From positions 66,526,001 to 66,590,000 of the forward strand of contig NC_043006.1 of assembly GCF_006345805.1 (NCBI RefSeq): a DNA stretch of 64,000 nt, in the 5' to 3' direction. This document shows, one piece after another, positions 27,951-39,946 of this stretch (the first letter of the stretch is position 1; every line of letters starts with the position of its first letter). A program made the position numbers and the translations under genes. The DNA comes from Octopus sinensis. Lineage: Eukaryota. Under the pieces are notes generated by a model, which searched no databases, was not told where the DNA came from, and saw nothing but the letters and a program-made list of their open reading frames with translations.

Positions 27951-28429
27951 GTTTGAGTTTGAAAACACTGAAAATGGGAGCATACCCTTTCGGCTTGTTA
28001 TCGCTTCTGAAGATCTGTTCCCAACTAACAGTGCTAGCTACTCAAATATGCAAGAGAAAAATTTCTGTTCTCCCCTTTCCACCAGCGTGGGTTAAAATCA
28101 GCAAACACTATGCTTTTTTTCGGTAAAATCCAAGACCATTAAGTAGAGAGAGATGAATTATAATTTCAACAATTGAGGGTAAAATTAATTAATTAATTAA
28201 TCAATTTCACCAAGTATTCAGTATGCAAAGGGACCATTTAAGGCAAATTCAAATTATTACATTATATAAAAGGGCTTAGTAAAATAAATTACTTTGCCGC
28301 ATACTGAACTCGTTAGAAATAGCAGCTAAAAAAATATTTCTAACACTTAAAGAAAACCTCTCTCATATAGTGTTTGCTCAATTCAACCCAAGAAAGTATG
28401 AGGGTAGAAACATTAAAAAATCAAATGCA

Positions 28430-28499
28430 AAGGTTATTTGAGTACGTACGTTTCAAGATTAGCCAAAATCGACCCGCTCTCATCAGCTCAGAAGCCCTT
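28430..28499 (-). ncRNA. Type I hammerhead ribozyme motif, copy 4
   Basis: Core intact; the variant lies in the stem II internal-loop region. Confidence 0.82.
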
Positions 28500-28975
28500 G
28501 TTTGAGTTTGAAAACACTGAAAATGGGAGCATACCCTTTCGGCTTGTTATCGCTTCTGAAGATCTGTTCCAACTAACAGTGCTAGCTAACTCAAAATGCA
28601 AGAGAAAAATTTCTGTTCTCCCCTTTCACCAGCGTGGGTTAAAATCAGCAAACACTATGTTTTTTTCGGTAAAATCCAAGACAATTAAGTAGAGAGAGAT
28701 GAATTATAATTTCAACAATTGAGGGTAAAATTAATTAATTAATTAATCAATTTCACCAAGTATTCAGTATGCAAAGGGACCATTTAAGGCAAATTCAAAT
28801 TATTACATTATATAAAAAGGGCTAGTAAAATAAATTACTTTGCCGCATACTGAACTCGTTAGAAATAGCAGCTAAAAAAACTATTTCTAACACTTAAAGA
28901 AAACCTCTCTCATATAGTGTTTGCTCAATTCAACCCAAGAAGTATGAGGGTAGAGACATTAAAAAATCAAATGCA

Positions 28976-29047
28976 AAGGTTATTTGAGTACGTACGTTTC
29001 AAGATTAGCCAAAATCGACCCTTCTCTCATCAGCTCAGAATGCCCTT
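28976..29047 (-). ncRNA. Type I hammerhead ribozyme motif, copy 5
   Basis: Matches copy 2. Confidence 0.88.
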
Positions 29048-29591
29048 GTTTGAGTTTGAAAACACTGAAAATGGGAGCATACCCTTTCGGCTTGTTATCG
29101 CTTCTGAAGATCTGTTCCCAACTAACAGTGCTAGCTAACTCAAATATGCAAGAGAAAAATTTCTGTTCTCCCCTTTCCACCAGCGTGGGTTTCTTTAAGT
29201 GTTAGAAATAGTTTTTTTAGCTGCTATTTCTAACGAGTTCAGTATGCGGCAAAGTAATTTATTTTACTAAGCCCTTTTATATAATGTAATAATTTGAATT
29301 TGCCTTAAATGGTCCCTTTGCATACTGAATACTTGGTGAAATTGATTAATTAATTAATTAATTTTACCCTCAATTGTTGAAATTATAATTATCTCTCTCT
29401 ACTTAATTGTCTTGGATTTTACCGAAAAAAAGCATAGTGTTTGCTGATTTTAACCCACGCTGTGGAAAGGGGAGAACAGAAATTTTTCTCTTGCATTTGA
29501 GTTAGCTAGCACTGTTAGTTGGGAACAGATCTTCAGAAGCGATAACAAGCCGAAAGGGTATGCTCCCATTTTCAGTGTTTTCAAACTCAAC

Positions 29592-29662
29592 AAGGGCATT
29601 CTGAGCTGATGAGAGAAGGGTCGATTTTGGCTAATCTTGAAACGTACGTACTCAAAAACCTT
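29592..29662 (+). ncRNA. Type I hammerhead ribozyme motif, copy 6 (inverted arm)
   Basis: CTGATGA at 29606-29612, GAAA at 29639-29642, predicted cleavage after A29650 (GUA), CTCA at 29651-29654 pairing with TGAG at 29602-29605. Confidence 0.87.
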
Positions 29663-30141
29663 TGCATTTGATTTTTTAATGTCTCTACCCTCATACTTTC
29701 TTGGGTTGAATTGAGCAAACACTATATGAGAGAGGTTTCTTTAAGTGTTAGAAATAGTTTTTTTAGCTGCTATTTCTAACGAGTTCAGTATGCGGCAAAG
29801 TAATTTATTTTACTAAGCCCTTTTATATAATGTAATAATTTGAATTTGCCTTAATGGTCCCTTTGCATACTGAATACTTGGTGAAATTGATTAATTAATT
29901 AATTAATTTTACCCTCAATTGTTGAAATTATAATTCATCTCTCTCTACTTAATTGTCTTGGATTTTACCGAAAAAAAGCATAGTGTTTGCTGATTTTAAC
30001 CCACGCTGGTGGAAAGGGGAGAACAGAAATTTTTCTCTTGCATATTTGAGTTAGCTAGCACTGTTAGTTGGGAACAGATCTTCAGAAGCGATAACAAGCC
30101 GAAAGGGTATGCTCCCATTTTCAGTGTTTTCAAACTCAAAC

Positions 30142-30215
30142 AAGGGCATTCTGAGCTGATGAGAGAGAGGGGTCGATTTTGGCTAATCTTGAAACGTACG
30201 TAATCAAATAACCTT
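30142..30215 (+). ncRNA. Hammerhead motif, copy 7 (stem I first pair broken)
   Basis: CTGATGA at 30156-62 and GAAA at 30191-94. After GTA the sequence is ATCA instead of CTCA, and stem II carries a small insertion. Confidence 0.65.
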
Positions 30216-30488
30216 TGCATTTGATTTTTTAATGTCTCTACCCTCATACTTTCTTGGGTTGAATTGAGCAAACACTATATGAGAGAGGTTTTCTTTAAGT
30301 GTTAGAAATAGTTTTTTTAGCTGCTATTTCTAACGAGTTCAGTATGCGGCAAAGTAATTTATTTTACTAAGCCCTTTTATATAATGTAATAATTTGAATT
30401 TGCCTTAAATGGTCCCTTTGCATACTGAATACTTGGTGAAATTGATTAATTAATTAATTAATTTTACCCTCATTGTTGAAATATATAT

Positions 30489-30539
<51 letters not shown>

Positions 30540-30684
30540 TATATACTCGCTGATTCTCTCTCCCTACATATATATCAGTGAGTGAGAAAGAAAATGCATA
30601 TATATATGTATATCCGTGTGAATATATATACATATATATATATGTACATATATATCTGTGTACATATGTGTATTCTCTTGTACT

Positions 30685-31040
30685 CTTGTACTCGTTTCAG
30701 TCATGTGACTGCGGTCAAGCTGGAGCACCGCCTTTAGTCGAGTAAATCGATCCCAGGATTTATTCTTTGTAAGCCTAGTACTTATTCTATCGGTCTCTTT
30801 TTACGGGGACATAAACACACCAGCATCGGTTGTCAATCGATGTTGGGGGACAAACACAGACACTAAACACACACGCATATATACATATATATATGTATAT
30901 ATATACGACGGGCTTCTTTCAGTTTCCGTCTACCAAATTCACTCACAAGGCTTTGGTTGGCCCGAGGTTATAGTAGAAGACATTTTCCCAAGGTGCCACT
31001 ATGTGGTTGGTAAGCAAGCTATTTACCACATAGCCACTCC
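30685..31040 (-). mobile_element. SINE family C copy
   Basis: Reverse complement of the family C head, internal microsatellite and tail. Confidence 0.8.
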
Positions 31041-31146
31041 TGCGCCTATAACAATTTCGCGTTCAGGAAGCGAACCCACGTGCAACACCTTAAACACTAG
31101 GCCACGCACTTTCTCAATATATATATATATATATATATATAAATAT

Positions 31147-31247
<101 letters not shown>

Positions 31248-31790
31248 CATGTGTGTATATATATATATATAATATATATATGTGTGTGTGTGTGCATATA
31301 TATATATATATAGCACACGTATACTTTTATACATATTTATGCTTGCGTGTGTTTGCCTATGTGTGTCTGCGTGAGCGAGTGTGTGTGTGTATCTGTGCGT
31401 GTGTGTGGTTATATTAAAAATTTAAGCGTTGGGAGAAATGTTTCTTTGGAAGACGTTTTCACATAAAATAAGAAAGTCGTAAGAATCTCATTTGCGTCTC
31501 CCCGTGCATCTATCAGGTGTTCGCTGTTTACTATCTCTCTGTAGTAAACACACTGCTTTCATCCTCATCAAAACAATCCCGTTACGCGCATCACTTTGAT
31601 TATCTTTGCAAGTTTTTTTTTCTAATCTCACGCCGCTTATCGATATACTTACGAATAATGTAATAAATTTTATATCATAATCATCATCATCATCGTCGTG
31701 GTCGTGGTCGTCGTCATCAACATCATCATCACAATCATAATCATCGTAGTCGTCGTCGTAATCATCATCATCATCATCATCAGTATTATT

Positions 31791-32348
31791 GAATGCGAGA
31801 GCAGCGCATGCCATCAAAAGTGACACTGGTGTAAAATATACGAAGCCCAGTATGCCCATCATGACTACCCGTCTGATAAGGGTACAGCAGGCACATGCAT
31901 CACAACCATATGTGCATGACATGGTGATTTCATATCAAGATAAACAGCGCATGACCTTACAAGTGGGAACCAGTTAGTATTTTTTCAGACTGAGTAGCTC
32001 ATCCTGCTTAAAATGTCCCTGGATAAGGGTTGTTTAAGGATGTTGAACGAAATACCCATGTTTCCAGAGGTGAATTATTCAAACCTCCAAGAATCCCTTT
32101 CAACACACGGCTATGATGCTCCCCCACTACTTCTGCTCGTGATCAGAGATGCACTTATCATCAGCCACTAAGGGATATGTTCAACTGGTTAAGGTCAAAC
32201 AACGGACAAGCAAATCTGTGGTATGGAGCAGAATATTTACTGTAGCCCATCTTTTATCCCAAGACAAAACAATGTACATGATAACACTTTCAATCAATTA
32301 AAATCAAAAGCCATGAGAGTCACTGCTTTGTACTGTATCAGAGCATTT
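31791..32348 (-). mobile_element. ~560-bp non-coding (TAA)n-flanked repeat (family E), full-length
   Basis: Highly similar to 41764-42320, 58775-59333, 49164-49589 and 42516-42954, with trinucleotide repeats at both ends. Strand inferred from the (AAT)n tail. Confidence 0.9.
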
Positions 32349-32364
32349 ATTATTATTATTATTA

Positions 32365-32447
<83 letters not shown>

Positions 32448-32454
32448 TATTGCC

Positions 32455-32885
32455 TTTGCAAAGCTTCTAACGCTGGAGATGTACTGCAGTGTCATCTGTT
32501 CACTACCAGTGAACTAAGGTAACACCTCTTATTTTTCGAACACCTTCAAGTATATTCGAGCACTTCCATGCAGTGCTGTTTCTGCAGGTGCTCCAAACTT
32601 ATTGCAACCCCTATTTGTTCCATGTATTTCTCAAGATTTATACTCATTCCTCCGACAATTATTAGTACTACTACCAGCGTTTTCCTCGACCACAATTGCT
32701 TAAATTCCCAAGGTCACCTGTAATATCTCTCGACTTTTCTTTCTTCTTTATCGCATACCTTGTTGTCAGCTGGGCATGCTATATCTATGATCCAGCATAG
32801 TTTGTTTTCTTTCTCAACACTATGTCTGTCTTGCTATTCTCTATGCCTTGGTCGCACTGAATCATAAAATCCCTCAGGATATTTG
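32455..32885 (-). mobile_element. RLE non-LTR 3' fragment with UTR and (TAA)n tail
   Basis: Minus strand gives NANILRDFMIQCDQGIE...NLEKYMEQIGVAISLEHLQK-like RLE C-terminus. The 3' UTR matches 48503-48620 and 48905-49000. Confidence 0.8.
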
Positions 32886-32947
32886 CATTCTTCTTCTTCT
32901 TCTCTTCTTCTTCTTCTTCTCTTCTTCTTCTTCTCATAATTCTTATT

Positions 32948-33395
32948 AAGGCGAGTAGCTGGCAGAATCGTTAGCACGCCGGGCGAAATACTTAGCAACA
33001 TTTCGCCCGTCAATAAGTTCCGTGTTCAAATTCTTCCGAGGTCGACTTTGCTGTTTATCCTTTCGGTGTCGATAAAATAAGTACCAGTTGTGCACTGGGG
33101 TCGGTGTAATCCACTTACTCCTCCCCGGCAATTACTAGCCTTGTGCCAAAATTCGAAAACAATGTTATTTTTAGTAATAGTATTAATATAACTGAAATTA
33201 ATTCAGCGAGCTGGCAGAATCATTAGCACGCTGGACAAGCTGCCCTCCTGTCTTTATGTTCTGAGTTCAAATTTCGCCGAAGTTGACTTTGCCTTCAACC
33301 CTTTCGGGTCAACAAAATAAGTACCAGTTTGATACTGGGATCGATGTTATAGACTTAGAACTCCCTTGATATTGCTAGCCGGGTAGCAAAATTTA
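32948..33395 (+). mobile_element. SINE family A, two diverged copies
   Basis: GGCGAGTAGCTGGCAGAATCG and GCGAGCTGGCAGAATC heads. Confidence 0.8.
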
Positions 33396-33506
33396 AAATG
33401 AATACTTTTATTAGTTATGCTTTGTTGCTTTGTTTCAAAGGAGTTGCTCCAAGTATCATCTAGTGACCTCCATGAAACAGAAATTTAGAGGGTTTAATTT
33501 GGGCCT

Positions 33507-33990
33507 TGAAGGCACATGGCTCAGAGGTTAGAGCGTCGGGTTCACAATCATGAGGTACCAGGCTATATTGTGTTCTTGAGCAAGACACTTTATTTCATGT
33601 TGCTCCTGTTCACTCAGCTATAGAAATTAGTTGCGATGTCACAGGTACCAAACTGTATCGGCCCCTTTGTCTTCCTCTTGGATGACATCAGTGCCGTGGA
33701 GAGGTGAATCTGGTATCCATGGGCGACTGCCTGTTGGTCTTTCACAAACAAATTTGCCCGGACCTGTGCTTCGAAGGGGAACTTTCTATGTGCAATCCCA
33801 TGGTTATTTATGACCGAAGGGGGCCTTTAACTTTTTCTCTATGTACATATAATGGCGTGGAGAGGAGAGGCTGATATGCGCAGGCGAATATCAGTCTTCC
33901 ATAAACAACCTTACCCGGACTTGTGCTACGTAGAGGAACTTTCTAGGTACAATCCCAAGGTCATTCATGACCAAAGGGGTTCTTTATTTA
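33507..33990 (+). mobile_element. SINE family D with duplicated tail
   Basis: TGAAGGCACATGGCTCAGAGGTTAGAGCG head; the tail recurs at ~33845-33990. Confidence 0.75.
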
Positions 33991-34306
33991 TGAGTTGAAG
34001 ACAAAGGAGACCAAATAATGACAAATAAAATTCCAGGATATGCTTCAAGGAAATGTGAATAAATTTGAAATTTTCTGTCTCATTACAAGCCTTTCGTGAT
34101 ATTTGCGATTTTAAAAGATTTTAAAAGAAATAAATATATATATTTTCAGGTAGTTTCCGAATTACTTGCAGTGATGTTCAATAATATTTTCCGAAATATG
34201 TTCGATGTCCCACATTCAATATTTACTATTGTTCTTTAGCTGCACAAAGCCCCTTTCTCTCTGTTTTCTTGGTAACTACAGACTTTCTATATCAGATTAT
34301 ATACGT

Positions 34307-34515
34307 TAGCGCGCCGGGTGAAATGCTTAGCGGTATTTCGTCTGTCGTTACGTTCTGAGTTCAAATTCCGCCGAGGTCGACTTTGCCTTTCATCCTTTCG
34401 GGGTCGATAAATAAAGTACCAGTTTCGCACTGGGGGCGATATAATCGACTCAATCCCTTCGTCTGTCCATGTTTGTCCCCTCTGTGTTTAGCCCCTTGTG
34501 GGCAGTAAAGAAATA
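34307..34515 (+). mobile_element. SINE family A copy (close to consensus)
   Basis: CGTTAGCGCGCCGGGTGAAATGCTTAGCGGTATTTCGTCTG...GAGTTCAAATTCCGCCGAGG. Confidence 0.85.
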
Positions 34516-34874
34516 TATATCAGATTTTGGGTGATGTACTCTAAATGGAGTCATTTTTTAGTTTGTTTTTCATGTCTAGACTTGCACGTTCGTTTGCGTA
34601 ATTCAGAACATGATAACTGTAACCTTAATTGTGACAGCTAGGATATTAGAGCTTAATACTTACTTCTTTTTTCTTGTTATTTCATTAAATTTTGCTGTCG
34701 TTATTATTGATAATATGAGCCTTCATTCGATAATTACTTTTTCTGCTCGGGTATGATATCAAGAGTCATTCTATATTTTCATTGAGGGAACTCAAGTCGT
34801 AATTTCTCTCAGTGACTAACCGATTCCATTTCAACAGACCGTACATGATACGCATTCATACATACATACATACA

Positions 34875-34907
<33 letters not shown>

Positions 34908-34998
34908 GCATGTATACATACATATATACATACATGCATACACACATACATGCATATCCATATATGCATATACATACATTTATACACGCATGCATATC

Positions 34999-35049
<51 letters not shown>

Positions 35050-35053
<4 letters not shown>

Positions 35054-35215
35054 AGTAGCTTGCTTACGAACCACATGATCTTGGGTTCAGTCCCACTGCG
35101 TGGCACATTGGGCAGTGCCTTCTACTATAGCCTCGGGCAAAACAAAGCCTTATGAGTGGATTTGGTAGACGGAAACTAAAAGAAGCCCGTCGTATATATG
35201 TATACATATGTGGTG

Positions 35216-35246
<31 letters not shown>

Positions 35247-35480
35247 TGTGTGTGTGTGTGTGTGTGCATTTGTGTGTCTGTGTTTGTCCCCCCAACATCG
35301 CTTGAGAAATGATGCTGGTGTGTTTACGTCCCTGTAACTTAGCGGTTCCGCAAAAGTGACTGATAGGATAAGTACTAAGTTTACAAAGAATAAATCCTGG
35401 GGTCGATTTGCTCGACTAAAGGCGGTGCTCTAGCATGGCCACAGTTAAATGACTGAAACAAGTAAAAGAGTAAAAAGAAA
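35050..35480 (+). mobile_element. SINE family C copy with internal (TG)n
   Basis: Head GGTAAGTAGCTTGC..GGGTTCAGTCCCACTGCG, internal (TG)n, and tail GACTGAAACAAGTAAAAGAG. Confidence 0.85.
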
Positions 35481-36143
35481 AAGTGTATGAATGCAGATCT
35501 ACCTACCTATCTACCTACCTACCTAACTACCTACCTACATACATACATACATACATACATACATACATACGTGCATGCATATAGCAAAGGAAATACATAT
35601 TGCCCATAATATCTGAGAAAAACTGAGAAAAAAATTAGTGGTTTGCATTTTACCAAGAGCTGAGCAATCACAGGCGAAACAATAACAACAACAACGACAA
35701 CAAAAATAACAAAAATTCATAGAGGTCGAGCAAGGAATACGAGCACATACCTTCACACATTTAGCAGATGAGGAGGTAGACGATTATCTAAAACATGAAA
35801 TGCAATATTAATACATCAGTTTTATACTAGCAACAGGAAATTGCATATCATAACACAGCGAGAGACGAAATCCAAACTTATGGCTAGACGACAGAGACTG
35901 TTTGCGTCACTTACACGTACAGCATATTGTTATTTGTGTGATGGAATATTGGTTGAATTCAATTCAGACATGAAGAATAGGCAGAATATGATTCGAAAAT
36001 ATTTGATTAATAAATAATCGTGCCAAATATGAAACAACTGCAATTAATTGTCTCCTGGCAATAATCATATTAGGATTCTCTGTTATAAACGACGCAGTCG
36101 TTTTACATCGACCTTTACGTCTATCTATCTATCTATCTATCTA

Positions 36144-36178
<35 letters not shown>

Positions 36179-36314
36179 GCTCATGAACGTATCTCTGCAT
36201 GCATATAACTAATCTTAAAAACCATGTGTATGTACGCACAAACACACACATTCGATCTCTACCTCTTTCACACACAACACTCGCACACACACATATATAT
36301 TTACAAACTCTTTT

Positions 36315-36545
36315 ACACGTTTCAGTCATTTGAGAGCGGCCACGCTGGAGCACCGCCTTCAGTGGAACAAAACGACCGCAGGACTTATTCTTTATAAGCC
36401 TAATACTTATTCTATTGGTCTCTTTTGCCGAACTGCTAAATTTCGGGGACACAAACACCAACATCGGTTGCCAAGCGATGATGGGTGGGAGGAAAAACAC
36501 AGACACAAAGGCATACGCAAACATAAATACATATATGAGCTTCTT
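36315..36545 (-). mobile_element. SINE family C 3' half
   Basis: Reverse complement of the family C tail. Confidence 0.8.
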
Positions 36546-36549
36546 ATAC

Positions 36550-36625
<76 letters not shown>

Positions 36626-37151
36626 TAAAAGAAATAACCTCTATTAAGTAATTCATTAGTGAAAGACATTATCTATATTATATAGAAAAAATTTAAATAT
36701 ACTGTAAGGAATATTATTAAAAAATCACTAAATTAAATAACATTAAATTGACTTCGCGCGTTTCGTGGCCATATCTTTAAATCGATAATAATAAATATGT
36801 ATTTTACGTATTTTAATTTTAAATTATTGAGAATTTAGAATTTTTCCAGTAAATGGTAAATTACATGTAGTTTATTTCTTATTTGCATAGCTAAAATACA
36901 TATTGGTATTTTCACAGCTAAAATAACATATTTGTATCTATGTATTTTATAGTTATTATTTACGTCATGTTTTCATGTGATAAATTTCTTAGCAACGCTA
37001 TGTTCTAAGTTTATCATTTGAAATTTTAGTTAACTCGAATTTTTCAATAAGATAAGTCATGATTTTATTTTTCATGAATATTTTTATATTTTATTTTATT
37101 TAGAATTGCTAAATTGAAATTGTCTTTGTAAGTTGGAATTATATTCCCTAC

Positions 37152-37200
<49 letters not shown>

Positions 37201-37482
37201 AATTATCATTATTATTTGAGGGAATATTAATCCTAACTTACAGGGAAAAAAATTCAATTTAGAAATAATAAATCAAATTTCACAGAATATAATATGTATA
37301 AAATTAGAAAATAACACCTTTTATCAATTCAAAATGAACAATTAAATTATACCATCTAGAAAATTACATATAATAGAAATATTAAATTAAAATAATAAAA
37401 TATCGAAGATTAAGTTAATTGCAAAAATATAATAAAAAAACGTATATTGGTATATATATATTATATATATATATATATAATA

Positions 37483-37516
<34 letters not shown>

Positions 37517-38332
37517 ATATATAATGCTAGACTATACTATACGATACGATACAATACTATATTGAATTATTGATCCATTTCGGCCCATTTTACTAATAGG
37601 TTTTTTATACGAAGATTTGGGAAAACCAATAACGGCTCAGAATACAATGACCTGAAAAGTATGTGGAGGTGACTGTGACACTGGAAATCAGAGCCAATCT
37701 CATTCAGAATGTGTGTTTTGTTAAAAATGGGAACTAAAATGCGTGATAAACATTTAGAGAAAAATATTCTTTGTGTGTTAGAGCTGTGCTCCTTCTAAAG
37801 GATCTGTAGATTGGGACTGAGGTTGGAATTGAAGTAGCCTTCGGATTATGTATGTGCTTTTGGAGGTAGGTATGTATGAACCGGGGTTGGGAAGGGTCAA
37901 GATTATGATTCAAGGAATTACTGATGATGGAAGCGCTAACGTTTATATTCACGACGCAATTCTCCATTATCGAAGTACAAATCTCCGCTCATGCGGGCAG
38001 GAGCGGAATATTTTACTTTTCAAAGATGAGGTAAATACTTGGGTTAAGAAAGTTCTTTAGAATTATTCCTTTCTCGCACATCCCTAACTGGTATTCTACG
38101 CTACATGATGTAATATGTAGGGATTTCTTTCAACGACCGTGAATATCTTGCTACATCTGTGACATGTAGATTTTTCTAGGTGTTAATGGAGTATTGGGTT
38201 GTTAATTCTGGTTCAGAAGGGTGTTGTGTCACTCTCACACGTATTTCCACACGTCTGGTCAGCCAGTTGGGATGCTTTGGCGTTACTTTGACATTATATA
38301 TAACGGTCTCTGCGTTGCATTGATCGCTTGTT

Positions 38333-38510
38333 GGCTGTGTGATAAGAAGCTTCCTTCCAACCACATGGTTCAGGGTTCGGTCTAACTATATGGCAACTTG
38401 GGCAAGTATAGTCTACTATAGCTTCGGGCCCACCAAAGCCTTCTGAGTGGATTTGATAGACGGAAACTGGAAGAAGCCCGACATGTATATATCTGTGTAT
38501 TTATATATAT

Positions 38511-38565
<55 letters not shown>

Positions 38566-38800
38566 TATATTATATGTATGGTTTATTTATTTATTTATTT
38601 ATTTATTACGTGTGTGTCTTTGTGTCTGTATTTGTCCCCCATCATCGCTCGACTACCGATGATGGTGTGTTTATGTCCTCGAAACGTAGTGGTTCGGCAA
38701 AAGAGTCTGATACAATAAGTACCAAAAATACAAACGATCGACTAAAGGCAGTACTCCAGCATGACCGCAGTCAAATGATTTAAAAAGTATAAAAGAGTAA
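38333..38800 (+). mobile_element. SINE family C copy with internal (TA)n
   Basis: GGCTGTGTGATAAGAAGC head, (TA)n, tail. Confidence 0.8.
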
Positions 38801-39195
38801 AAAAATATGACATGTAACTTCCGCATGAGCATCCTGCTCCTGCGTCAAGTCCAGGACCAACAACTTTAACGTTCATGGATTCTTAAACGTCTTATGCATG
38901 TATGTATGTATGTATGTATGTATGTATGTATGTATGTATGTATGTATGTATGTATGTATGTATGCCTGTATGTATGTATGCATGTATATAACTATGTATG
39001 TGTATGAATGTATGTATGTGTGTACGTATGTATGAATGTATATATGTGTGTATGCATGTATGTATGCATGTCTATATGTATGTATGTGTTTATGTATGTT
39101 ATGTATGCATGTGTATATGTAGGTATGTGTGTATGTATGTATGTATGTATTCATACACACAGGTATCACTGTCTAGCTCTCTCTTTATACATATG

Positions 39196-39242
<47 letters not shown>

Positions 39243-39368
39243 TATGTGTGTGTGTGTATACTCACACACACACACATATATATATGTTTATATGTACACA
39301 CACATATATGCATATGTTTATATACATGTGAGCATGACTCAATATGTATGAGCATGTATATACATATC

Positions 39369-39405
<37 letters not shown>

Positions 39406-39777
39406 ATATCCTTATGCATGTGAATGTGTGTGCATGCATATGCATCTGTATGTGTATCTGTGTGTATGTGCGTGTGCTACTACGTATGTAGTGTAGAAAA
39501 TTTTACCAAGATATATTCCACAACTTTACGTAAATAAATATTTCTAATTTCACTTGTAGCACACATACATCGCATCTGCCTCCTCGCTCCCACTCACATA
39601 CGCTCATACACACACACGCGCGTGCACGTACGCACACATGTGTATATTCACACATACCCAGACACATACCTAAATATGTATTCATATATGTGCAAGGTAT
39701 GTGTATAAATAATATGATATATAGATCTATTTCATGTATATACGTATATATATATATGTATTTGCACATATATGTAT

Positions 39778-39863
<86 letters not shown>

Positions 39864-39887
39864 GATTGTGTGTGTATATATATATAC

Positions 39888-39934
<47 letters not shown>

Positions 39935-39946
39935 ATATATATGTAT

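Larger units (their letters stand above)
26596..30481. repeat. ~552-bp tandem array: ~4.7 direct plus ~2.3 inverted copies, hammerhead-bearing (retrozyme/PLE-LTR-like)
   Basis: Unit starts ATTATTACATTAT at 26596, 27148, 27701, 28253 and 28799. Inversion at ~29190; inverted unit boundaries at 29293, 29839 and 30393; (TA)n at both ends. Confidence 0.97.

Noticed and set aside
26718-30271. Repeated short ORFs in the 552-bp unit (MLNSTQESMRVETLK..., MERGEQKFF...)
   Set aside because: The frames are broken differently in different copies and no motif is recognisable. The credible signal is the RNA structure on the ribozyme strand.
36745-36790. GAAACGCGCG on the minus strand resembling a PLE hammerhead 3' half
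   Set aside because: No CTGANGA upstream.
37730-38300. Short ORFs on both strands in unique-looking sequence
   Set aside because: No recognisable domain; may be an old TE remnant but I cannot support it by eye.
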